From an uncultured archaeon (GTDB lineage Archaea; Thermoplasmatota; Penumbrarchaeia; JASLWR01): 64,000 nt of DNA. Numbering within the stretch: position 1 is the stretch's first letter; every line of letters begins with the position of its first letter. This document shows positions 48,668 to 56,680 of this stretch, one piece after another. The stretch covers positions 81,338 to 145,337 of the forward strand of contig CAYFHS010000004.1 in the NCBI GenBank assembly GCA_964342815.1. The letters are read 5' to 3'. The notes beneath the pieces are model-generated. The model saw only the letters and a program-made list of their open reading frames with translations, was not told the origin of the DNA and searched no databases. Position numbers and translations under genes: made by a program.

Positions 48668-49264
48668 AAAATAAGTAGTGGGTGGGACAATATATTACAC
48701 AAATTATTCTCTTGGGGGTATAAAATAGATAATCATCAATTATGGCTCCTCATTGATAGAGGAGGCATGGGTGGGGGTGGGAAATTACCATATAAACAAG
48801 TGATTTATGGAATAGAGGAATGGGGGAAATTATTTAGAGGAGACGATACCTATTTTAAATATGATCGTTATAATATATTTCATTATGCTGTTTTTGTGAA
48901 TGAATATGAAACGGATGCTTTTTTTTCAAAATCAGGATACGGCGAGTTTGGAGGTGATTATTTTCTAATAGCTAATGTAGACTGGAAAGCAAATGCACCA
49001 ATCTTCGATTCATCTAGTAAGGCAGTTAGACAAGCTAGTATTTTTATGCATGAACTAGGACATAATTTATGATTATTCTAAAAAAATGATGGAACTTATC
49101 CAGATCCACCCCTTGAAGGCGATGGAGAAATGCCGATATTTTGGGGACAATATTTCTCTCAAACCGTTATGAATTATTATTGGTTATTTAAAATAGTAAA
49201 ATATACAAATAATGAATGGAATATGGTGAAAGAAAGATTGAATTATTTTACTCTATCCGATTAA
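48668..49264 (+). pseudogene. AT-rich, 5'-truncated, frameshifted zinc metalloprotease (metzincin-like) fragment
   Basis: ..LIDRGGMGGGGKLP..FMHELGHNL then TGA. A shifted frame continues DYSKK..TVMNYYW..EWNMVKERL* (Met-turn-like). No start codon upstream. Confidence 0.65.
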
Positions 49265-49281
49265 TGCCGGAGAATCTACAA

Positions 49282-49782
49282 ATGACAAATAAAGAAACAA
49301 AACAAATAGTGAAAGTATATATAATTCCTGTTATTATAATCGCTATTTTAGGGTGTACATTTATATTTTTTATGTTTTTTATTGTTAGTTGGAATGATGT
49401 TTTATTAGCTAGGCCTCCTTTAGATTTAAGTATAAAAGATGCTAATAGCACAACTGAAATGATTGAAAATAACATTTTATTTGAGAAGGGAGAAGAGATC
49501 ATAGAGTTAACTCAAACCAACGGAGAACCTATTGAATGGAACGAATTGAATATTATATCAACAGTTCAGCCTTATAAAAAATCTATTGAAATGGAAGTTC
49601 TTTCAATATCGGGAATTCCATTTCAATTGCGTAAAATTTCAAAAACGGGCGATACAATATTAATTGGAATAAAATATGAATCTGATAATGGTCTTATTAA
49701 GAAAAATGATATTATCCATTTAGACATATATAACAAATTGCATTATGTTTGGACGTCTCCTAATGATATTGAAGTATTATGA
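49282..49782 (+). CDS. AT-rich membrane-anchored protein, weakly archaeal pilin-like
   Basis: N-terminal TM followed by ELTQTNGEPIEWNEL, reminiscent of the Pilin_N L-x-H-x-G-G-D/E motif. Confidence 0.55.
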   Translation: MTNKETKQIVKVYIIPVIIIAILGCTFIFFMFFIVSWNDVLLARPPLDLSIKDANSTTEMIENNILFEKGEEIIELTQTNGEPIEWNELNIISTVQPYKKSIEMEVLSISGIPFQLRKISKTGDTILIGIKYESDNGLIKKNDIIHLDIYNKLHYVWTSPNDIEVL

Positions 49783-49851
49783 GAGAAATCCAACCAATTA
49801 TTTCATAAACAGTTGTAGCCGAAAAGAAAATTTCACAGCCTATTGGCTTAT

Positions 49852-50040
49852 ATTCCCCCTGCGTTATCGCTAAACGTCTCCGATCCGGGCCGGTGGGGGC
49901 CGTCAGATGAATCGGTGAATCAAGATTCACCTTCACCCGTAGATTTCGGAAACGAAATCGAGGGTGTAGCAACACCGGAGGAGTTGCGTAATGAAATGGT
50001 CATCCTCGAAACCAGACGGTTTCTGCGGACAGGGGGGAAT
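49852..50040 (+). mobile_element. MITE-like hairpin-rich element, copy C, with terminal inverted repeats
   Basis: ATTCCCCCTG ... CAGGGGGGAAT. Internal stems ggtgaat/attcacc, caccc/gggtg, gatttcg-GAAA-cgaaatc, gcaac/gttgc, gaaacc/ggtttc. Confidence 0.65.
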
Positions 50041-50225
50041 TCATGCAGACTGTAGAGAATCGCCCGAAGATTTCCCACAGAATCAAAGATGCTTGAGGAA
50101 ACAAGTTTTTCCATCATCCTCGGCGGGTATACCAACAGGTCATGCTTGAGGATATGGCACAGTGGGAGTTTTCCAGATAATCATTTATATACATAATGGA
50201 TTATAGATAGGATAAGGTGATACTT

Positions 50226-50450
50226 ATGTTGATAAAATTTGAAATCTACAATGATGGAGAGTACTGGTGTGCTAGGGGTATCGGTGAGGATATTTTTACT
50301 CAGGGTGAAAACCTTGATGAGCTGATGAAGAATATCGAGGAAGCTGTGGCACTCCATTTCGAAGACGAAATTGCCACCGGTGAATCAATAAAGGTATTAT
50401 CTATCTCCGAAACCGAGGTGGGTGAGGTTGTCAAAGCTACCAGTGGTTAG
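50226..50450 (+). CDS. hicB: HicB-like antitoxin
   Basis: YWCARGIGEDIFTQGENLDELMKNIEEAVALHF. ATG 50226 follows GGTGA. Confidence 0.85.
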   Translation: MLIKFEIYNDGEYWCARGIGEDIFTQGENLDELMKNIEEAVALHFEDEIATGESIKVLSISETEVGEVVKATSG

Positions 50451-50673
50451 TGGGAAAAAGCTAATAAAAATGTTGACCCGACTGGACTATGAGATTATGA
50501 GGCAAAGAGGTAGCCATGTGAGATTACGAAAGGTTACAACCGTGGGTGAACATAAGATCACAGTGCCGGATCATAAAGAAATTGCTAAGGGTACCTTAAA
50601 TGATATATTATCAAAGGTGAGTCTATGGAATGGAATTTCCAAAGATGAAATAATCAGACTTTTAAAAAGATAG
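50422..50673 (+). CDS. hicA: HicA-family toxin
   Basis: KLPVVSGKKLIK, RQRGSHVRL, ITVPDHKEIAKGTLNDIL. Confidence 0.92.
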   Translation: MRLSKLPVVSGKKLIKMLTRLDYEIMRQRGSHVRLRKVTTVGEHKITVPDHKEIAKGTLNDILSKVSLWNGISKDEIIRLLKR

Positions 50674-50716
50674 AACAATAAAATACCACATTTTTAAATC
50701 ATCTTTTCCTGCCCCC

Positions 50717-50921
50717 ATTCCCCCCTGCGTCATCGCTGAACGTCTCCGATCGAGTGGCCTCGGTTCCGAAGACAGGGGGAACGACTGGGGAGTGTAGTCG
50801 CACCAGGACCTGGGTGTGGCGGGTCCGGTTCGGTGCCCACTAACGTTCCGTTGCATTGAAATGCAACTGCACCCTCGGAATCCTCATGGATTCCTACGGA
50901 CGTAACCAAACGAAGAGTTGC
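50717..50921 (+). repeat. Hairpin-rich element, copy D: 65-bp TIR mini-element followed by the shared structured module
   Basis: The first ~33 nt are nearly identical to the 5' end of copy C, and CAGGGGGAA lies at 50773-50781. Downstream stems: cgact/agtcg, gcacc/ggtgc, gttgcat/atgcaac, ggaatcc/ggattcc. Confidence 0.65.
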
Positions 50922-51025
50922 CGTGGGCCAGATATGGAACGAAAATCAATGGTATAACAGGGAGATTTCGAGTCCATATTCAGAGTACCAGACGTTAAGG
51001 ATGCTTCTAATAATTCTTATTCAAC

Positions 51026-51766
51026 CTATTTCCTACCGTACATATTGGGTATCCTAAGAATCTCCCTGCTGCTCTCATCCGATACATTGATCTCGTTGAT
51101 GACAATTTCTTCCCTGCCCAAATCCATCAAGTTGAACGATGGGTGGGTGCGCCCTTTGAACCTGCGCGAGGTGGCGGTGCCGGCAGTAATAATAAAAGTG
51201 TCTTCAAGCTTCCATACCCATGGTAGGTGCTTGTGACCGGAAAGGACGAAATTCACTTTTATATCGGTACACAATTTCAACAACTCACCAGCGTCAACGG
51301 CGATGTTTCTCTCTCTACCGGTGCCCGGAACGGAGATCAGATGATGGTGCAGACAGAGTATTTTTATTTTCTCTTTCGCGAGCATTTTTTCCCTTATCAT
51401 ATCATAATTTTCGCGCCCCACGTGACCCTCGGTGAGGTCGGGCTCCGTGGAATCCAGACCCAGAATGACCACTTCATCGTTCTCAAAATATGGAAACCTC
51501 GTTCCGAACAGTTCCTCGAAAATAAGGTATCCCATGTTCTTGGAGTCATGGTTCCCCGGAACGATAATTTTTTTTACGTCTCCGAATCTATCCACGAACG
51601 CCTTTGCCTTGTCATATTCATACGAATGCCCCTTGTCGGTGAAATCTCCGGTTATCAGCAGGACTTCCGGTGATATCGAGGATATTATTTTCAAGAGATT
51701 TTCACCCCATTCGGGAATGAAGTTGCTTCCTGTCATGTGCAGGTCCGATATGTGAGCTATTTTCAT
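51026..51766 (-). CDS. Calcineurin-like metallophosphoesterase
   Basis: HISDLH, TGDFT, PGNHD, LHHH, SGHKH. Confidence 0.92.
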   Translation of the reverse strand: MKIAHISDLHMTGSNFIPEWGENLLKIISSISPEVLLITGDFTDKGHSYEYDKAKAFVDRFGDVKKIIVPGNHDSKNMGYLIFEELFGTRFPYFENDEVVILGLDSTEPDLTEGHVGRENYDMIREKMLAKEKIKILCLHHHLISVPGTGRERNIAVDAGELLKLCTDIKVNFVLSGHKHLPWVWKLEDTFIITAGTATSRRFKGRTHPSFNLMDLGREEIVINEINVSDESSREILRIPNMYGRK

Positions 51767-51785
51767 GATTCTGTCACCTGTTCCA

Positions 51786-52103
51786 TCATGCTACGGCTTC
51801 AACATGAAAACGTTTCATGTCATCAACTTTGATCAATACCTTTTCTCCTTTCTGGAATTTCAGAGCATTTGCCAATTCGGCAGGTATCCTCAATATAAGA
51901 TTGCTACGAATCTGCCCCAATTTCACTTCGTATTCCTTGTGTAGCACTTTGTTCACTAACAGAAAACGATGTGCCTGTTCGGGATCAAAATATTCTTCGC
52001 CGCAGGAACATTTCCATCCATCAATGTCGTATCCTTGAAATCGCAATTGAGCTTTTTGTGCGATCTTACCACAAGATACACACGTCATTCCTTCTTTTTT
52101 CAT
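51786..52103 (-). CDS. Putative antitoxin: MqsA/YgiT-type zinc finger + AbrB/MazE-like domain
   Basis: CVSCG ... WKCSCGEEYFDP, then KLGQIRSNLILRIPAELANAL..KGEKV. Confidence 0.75.
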   Translation of the reverse strand: MKKEGMTCVSCGKIAQKAQLRFQGYDIDGWKCSCGEEYFDPEQAHRFLLVNKVLHKEYEVKLGQIRSNLILRIPAELANALKFQKGEKVLIKVDDMKRFHVEAVA

Positions 52104-52390
52104 GTTTTCACCTTAAGTAATGATGTTTTTCCCAAATGAGTTATTACCCATACATCTGATTCAAGTGAAATGCTATGGGACTTGGCGACTACTACCCTTA
52201 ATGTCTTCCCCTTCCGGTCCAAGCATTTTTCTCTGATTTCTTTGGATCTTTTTCCTTTCTGACAGTCATATCCATTTTCCAGTATGAACTTTAATTCGTA
52301 TCCATCCATCCCTTCCTTGTACATCCCTGTTATTGCCGCTCGCGTAGGAACCAAAGATAATCCTTCATAGAGAGGATAAATTGTTATCAT
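52100..52390 (-). CDS. Putative toxin (DUF4258/BrnT-like RNase fold), partner of the zinc-finger antitoxin
   Basis: Small basic protein, ILENGYD, KTLRVVV, VITH. ATGA-type overlap with the downstream antitoxin. Family assignment rests on gene context plus weak motifs. Confidence 0.6.
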   Translation of the reverse strand: MITIYPLYEGLSLVPTRAAITGMYKEGMDGYELKFILENGYDCQKGKRSKEIREKCLDRKGKTLRVVVAKSHSISLESDVWVITHLGKTSLLKVKT

Positions 52391-52573
52391 TCAACTGAGT
52401 ATGTTATAGGCATACGTTATATAAATATGTTTTTAACATATGTTAACTTGTTTAATTATTCAGGTCATGGATAATGCAATTTTCTTTGTTTTATATGGAG
52501 ACGCTGATATTTCGTAAAAAATAAATCTATATAAATCAACCACAAACGGAAAAATCCGGACCAAAGTTTAATA

Positions 52574-53392
52574 ATGCTCACTGCGGATTTCCAGCTCATA
52601 ATGTTCCTGCTGCACTCCTACGACCTGACGAAGCGTTTCGCACTTACAACACTGAAACTGAGATACAGAAATTCGGTTCTCGGATTTTTCTGGTCGGTTC
52701 TCAGTCCTCTTTTTATAATGATCGTTCTCTCCGTTGTTTTCATTCATTTCTTTCCGGACCGCTTCGACGTCAAGGTCCCCTACCCGGTCTTTCTCATCGT
52801 GGGCCTTCTCATGTGGCGTTTTTTCACATACGGAACCACTTCAGGACTTCATTCTATTACCAACAGCGCCCATATAATAAGAAAAGTATATTTTCCCCGA
52901 GAGATACTCCCACTTTCCGCCGTCATCACCGCTCTCGTAACCGCAATTCTCGAATTCGCCGTTTTTTTTGTACTGATAATATGTTCCTCGTTCTTTTTTG
53001 AGCTGGGCGAGTTCTCCTTCGGTCCCGCAGCAATAATTTTCATCTATTTTCTGTTCGTGGAATTTATCCTTGTCCTGGGCCTCTCCCTCATACTATCCTC
53101 CGTGTACGTGCTGTTCAGAGACATTTCGCACATCTGGGAAGTAGTGGTATTCGCCGGATTCTTCGCCACGCCCATATTCTATCCCATGAGCATTATTCCG
53201 TACCAGTACGAAAGGTTCCTACACCTCAATCCCCTATCCGACATTATCACTGGGGCTCGTGAAGTCCTGGTCTACGGAAACGTCCCCGGTATCAAGGTTT
53301 TCATCTACCCGCTGGCGGGATCTCTTTTCATTCTTCTTGTGGGAATTAGCGCATTCAGGTTTCTCGAAAAACGCATAGCGAAGGAGGTGTAA
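52574..53392 (+). CDS. wzm: ABC-2 polysaccharide exporter permease
   Basis: LKLRYRNSVLGFFWSVLSPL, KVYFPREILP, FRDISHIW, TPIFYP, LNPL. Confidence 0.92.
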   Translation: MLTADFQLIMFLLHSYDLTKRFALTTLKLRYRNSVLGFFWSVLSPLFIMIVLSVVFIHFFPDRFDVKVPYPVFLIVGLLMWRFFTYGTTSGLHSITNSAHIIRKVYFPREILPLSAVITALVTAILEFAVFFVLIICSSFFFELGEFSFGPAAIIFIYFLFVEFILVLGLSLILSSVYVLFRDISHIWEVVVFAGFFATPIFYPMSIIPYQYERFLHLNPLSDIITGAREVLVYGNVPGIKVFIYPLAGSLFILLVGISAFRFLEKRIAKEV

Positions 53393-53395
53393 TTG

Positions 53396-54679
53396 ATGGC
53401 GGCAGTGGAAAAAAAACATACCCGATCTGAATCAGATTGCAGACCTGCCATTGCCGTCAGCGACCTGAATATCTCCTTTCGAGTTCCCTCTGAAAAAAAG
53501 AGAAACCGGCTTTCTTTTCTTAAGGACAATCTGCTGCCTGTTTCCTTCAAGACCAGTGAACTTAGAGCTCTCCGGGACGTTTCTCTTGAAGTGGATCAAG
53601 GTGAATGTGTTGGTATAATCGGTGAGAACGGCTCGGGAAAGAGTACCCTTCTCAAAGCGATCGCCGGAATTTTGATACCTGATTCCGGGACCGTCGTCAC
53701 AACAGGGAAGATATCGCCGTTCCTAGAGCTGGGAGTGGGGTTTCAGGGTGAGCTTTCGGCCAGGGAAAACATTTTCATTTTCGGCGCCATAATGGGTATT
53801 CCTAAGAAAAGAATGGCCTTTCTGCTGCCCGAAATAATCTCATTTGCCGGGCTCGAACGATTCGCCGACGTAAAGATAAAGAACTTTTCATCAGGCATGT
53901 ACGCACGCCTGTCCTTTTCCTGCGCGGTGAGCGTGGAGCCCGATATCCTGCTCATCGACGAGGTGTTCGCAGTGGGAGATGAGGCATTCCGCCACAAGTG
54001 CATAAATAAACTTTTAAAGTTCAAAGCAGAGGGAAAGACCATCGTGGTGGTGTCACACCGCCTGGGTGATATAAAGGTGCTGTGCGACCGTCTAATACTT
54101 CTGACCGGCGGTAACGTAGCGGCTTCAGGCGATCCGGATGATGTGATATCATATTATCTCGATTCCTTCGTCTCTGAGGATAAGCAGATTCGCGGGGATA
54201 CGGAAAGGGAAAGTGCGAAACCAGGGAAATCTCTGTTTCCGAAAAAGGGTAGGAGGGGTGTAAGGACGAAAGGTGAAATGATAAAACGAGTTACGATAGG
54301 CAATTCGAACCTGAAAACTGGAGATAACCTAGTCATGGATATCGAATTCGAAGCCGATGTGGATATAGAGGAACCGTACCTAATGATCCAGGTGTTCAGG
54401 GAAGACGGTCCGCTTGTTTTTGCCACCAATACCGTAAGGGATTCTTTTACAATTCCGGATGTAGAACGACAAAATAAAATAAGAATATCTTTTCCAAAAA
54501 TATCCCTTTTGACTGGTGATTATTATATGAATGTTGAACTGTGGGGCGGCCGATTGGTGGAATGTCTCGAAAAGAATGAAAGATGTGCAAGCTTTTCAGT
54601 GATAAGCAAAAGCAAAGATGGGACCGGGATCTTAATGATGGAGCACCGATGGGAACTGATCCCCCGTGACGAATTTTAG
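53396..54679 (+). CDS. wzt: ABC polysaccharide exporter ATPase with Wzt_C domain
   Basis: GENGSGKST, FSSGMYARLSF, LIDEVFAVGD, VSH, and a C-terminal Wzt_C-like region. Confidence 0.93.
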   Translation: MAAVEKKHTRSESDCRPAIAVSDLNISFRVPSEKKRNRLSFLKDNLLPVSFKTSELRALRDVSLEVDQGECVGIIGENGSGKSTLLKAIAGILIPDSGTVVTTGKISPFLELGVGFQGELSARENIFIFGAIMGIPKKRMAFLLPEIISFAGLERFADVKIKNFSSGMYARLSFSCAVSVEPDILLIDEVFAVGDEAFRHKCINKLLKFKAEGKTIVVVSHRLGDIKVLCDRLILLTGGNVAASGDPDDVISYYLDSFVSEDKQIRGDTERESAKPGKSLFPKKGRRGVRTKGEMIKRVTIGNSNLKTGDNLVMDIEFEADVDIEEPYLMIQVFREDGPLVFATNTVRDSFTIPDVERQNKIRISFPKISLLTGDYYMNVELWGGRLVECLEKNERCASFSVISKSKDGTGILMMEHRWELIPRDEF

Positions 54680-54684
54680 ATGGA

Positions 54685-55482
54685 CTATTCACCCAAGGTA
54701 CACGATATCGCTCTAACGACATTCAGAAGCTTTCCGTCGTATTTTCTTTTACCGAAACCGTATCCTATCTCCATGGGTGTTATTCTCAGACCGGAAAAAT
54801 TCGTAATAAACTCCGGGGAAAGAGATTTAAGCAGTGACACGCCGGTGGGAGTTGCCAGTTCTCCTCTCAGCGGTCCGAACTTGAAAGGCATATCTTTCAG
54901 TATCTCCATTGTGGCAGGTGCGGGTACCGGAACAACTCCATGGCTGATCTCTATGCTTCCCATACCTACCGAAACCGGAGTCGAAAAGAACCTGAAATCG
55001 TTATCCAGGGCGCCAAATTTCTCCAGTAGAAATGCACTTCCGATTATCTCAACGAGAGTATCCGGAGCACCTGTCTCGTGAAGGTGTAGTTCCTCAGGTG
55101 TGGAAGTGTGTATCTTCGACTCGGCGCGCAGTATGTGGTCCAGCACTTCGACAGCGTACTTTCTACCTCTTCGACCAAGATCGACGGTGGAGCACCCTTC
55201 CTCCAAATACGTTTTCATGTCCCCGCCTTTAACGTGATGATCCAGCTTCCTTTTTCTCGAAACCCTTATACCGGCGGCTCTCATACCGGAAACCTTTTCC
55301 CTAAGGATTTCGACTCTGACCTTTCCCATTGCCGCAGTGCTTCTTTCCAATACCGCAACGAGTTCTTTCTCTTCCGCAAATCCCGTAGTGATGGCTAGGT
55401 CTGTTAAAGCACCCAGAAACATGTCTCCGGCCACACCCATCTGGACATCGAAAACCAGGTTGAAAAAAGTATTTAGTGAGAT
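54685..55482 (-). CDS. larC: LarC (nickel-pincer cofactor Ni-insertase) N-terminal domain only
   Basis: FDVQMGVAGDMFLGAL, AESKIH, HLHETGAPDTLVEI, HGVVPVPAPAT, GELATPTG. The conserved FD motif lies upstream of the ORF-track ATG (55440); AGGAGG sits 7 nt before an in-frame ATC at 55482. Confidence 0.8.
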   Translation of the reverse strand: MSLNTFFNLVFDVQMGVAGDMFLGALTDLAITTGFAEEKELVAVLERSTAAMGKVRVEILREKVSGMRAAGIRVSRKRKLDHHVKGGDMKTYLEEGCSTVDLGRRGRKYAVEVLDHILRAESKIHTSTPEELHLHETGAPDTLVEIIGSAFLLEKFGALDNDFRFFSTPVSVGMGSIEISHGVVPVPAPATMEILKDMPFKFGPLRGELATPTGVSLLKSLSPEFITNFSGLRITPMEIGYGFGKRKYDGKLLNVVRAISCTLGE

Positions 55483-55504
55483 GGGACTGCCTCCTAATTG
55501 ATAA

Positions 55505-56491
55505 TCATCCCGGGATAATGAAAGCTACGGCAAAGGCGATCTGCAGCGCCATGAGCATGAGATACATGTGGACCCATACCGGTGAGTTCTCGAAATGTTT
55601 ATCCCGTTTCCGTCCTTCCTTTCGGAGCAGGTGAACGATGTATCCTCCCCAGATTATCAGCAAAATTATTCCTTTGGCGGGCTCTGGAAAGAGCACTCTT
55701 CCCTCGATCTCCCATGTTGCCACCGGGACCAGTAAGAATGGAATGACGAAGAAGGGTGATATGATTGCTATGGACCTCTTTATCCCGTATACCGCAGGAA
55801 GCGTCTTTATCCCGTATTTCTTATCTCCCATTAGATCAGTATAGTCCTTGGTGGTAGCGGCTCCTACCAGAAAGATACCTATTATGGTCCCAACGAGCCA
55901 CGGGGTAGGCTCGAAAATGCTCCCAAAGATGCACCACGGGGCGACTATTCCAAGCAGGCCTCTTGCCAATCCAATGGAAATATTTGATATCCACAGCCTT
56001 TTTTTCAACCTCCCCGGTGGAACGGAATATACAATTGTAAAGATCGCAAGAACGAAGACAAGTCCCGCGAAAACGCCGTTAATCATCAACGACCTGAATA
56101 GAACAACACCGTAGAGAATCCAAGCTATGGCCTTTGCCTCGTTCACGGATACCTTGCCGGAGGGGATGGGTCTGCTGGGTTTATTCACCCTGTCAATATC
56201 TATGTCGTATACCTGATTCAGAACGTTGCTTGCGGCGTTAAGTATCACCAGCGTTACAGCTCCGTAAATCAGTTGAAGATGATAAACTTCCCATTTTAGA
56301 AAGGGGTACGCACCCGAGAATTCGGGTGCTTTCAAAAGTCCCAGGTGTCCCAGAGCCATCAATCCCGCGCATAATCCGCCGATCAGCGGTGCAAGAAGCG
56401 TGAACGGCCGCATGAGAATTATGTAGGCTCTAATCTTTACCGGGAGAAACTGTCTTTTTGACACTCTTTTTTTTTCACTATTCGTAGTCAT
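55505..56491 (-). CDS. UbiA-family prenyltransferase (DGGGP-synthase-like)
   Basis: LMRPFT, NQVYDIDIDRVNKPSRPIPSG, KDYTDLMGD, multiple TM helices. Confidence 0.9.
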   Translation of the reverse strand: MTTNSEKKRVSKRQFLPVKIRAYIILMRPFTLLAPLIGGLCAGLMALGHLGLLKAPEFSGAYPFLKWEVYHLQLIYGAVTLVILNAASNVLNQVYDIDIDRVNKPSRPIPSGKVSVNEAKAIAWILYGVVLFRSLMINGVFAGLVFVLAIFTIVYSVPPGRLKKRLWISNISIGLARGLLGIVAPWCIFGSIFEPTPWLVGTIIGIFLVGAATTKDYTDLMGDKKYGIKTLPAVYGIKRSIAIISPFFVIPFLLVPVATWEIEGRVLFPEPAKGIILLIIWGGYIVHLLRKEGRKRDKHFENSPVWVHMYLMLMALQIAFAVAFIIPG

Positions 56492-56680
56492 AGAGAACGC
56501 TCACCAGGTCAATACTTGTGATAAGGTGTAAGCTCGAAGCAGTATAAATAAGGTATAGTAAAATTAATGGATAGATAGATATATGAACGAAATCTATTGG
56601 ATACACTGTAGGAAAAGTAAGATACGGATGCATCGGGTATGACAATGCTTTGGTTCCCAAACTATGTGGCCAGTATTAAA

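Noticed and set aside
46159-52390. Integron cassette array with attC sites
   Set aside because: No integron integrase, no consistent RYYYAAC/GTTRRRY cores at the hairpin elements, and the elements are not placed regularly after each gene. IntegronFinder would settle it.
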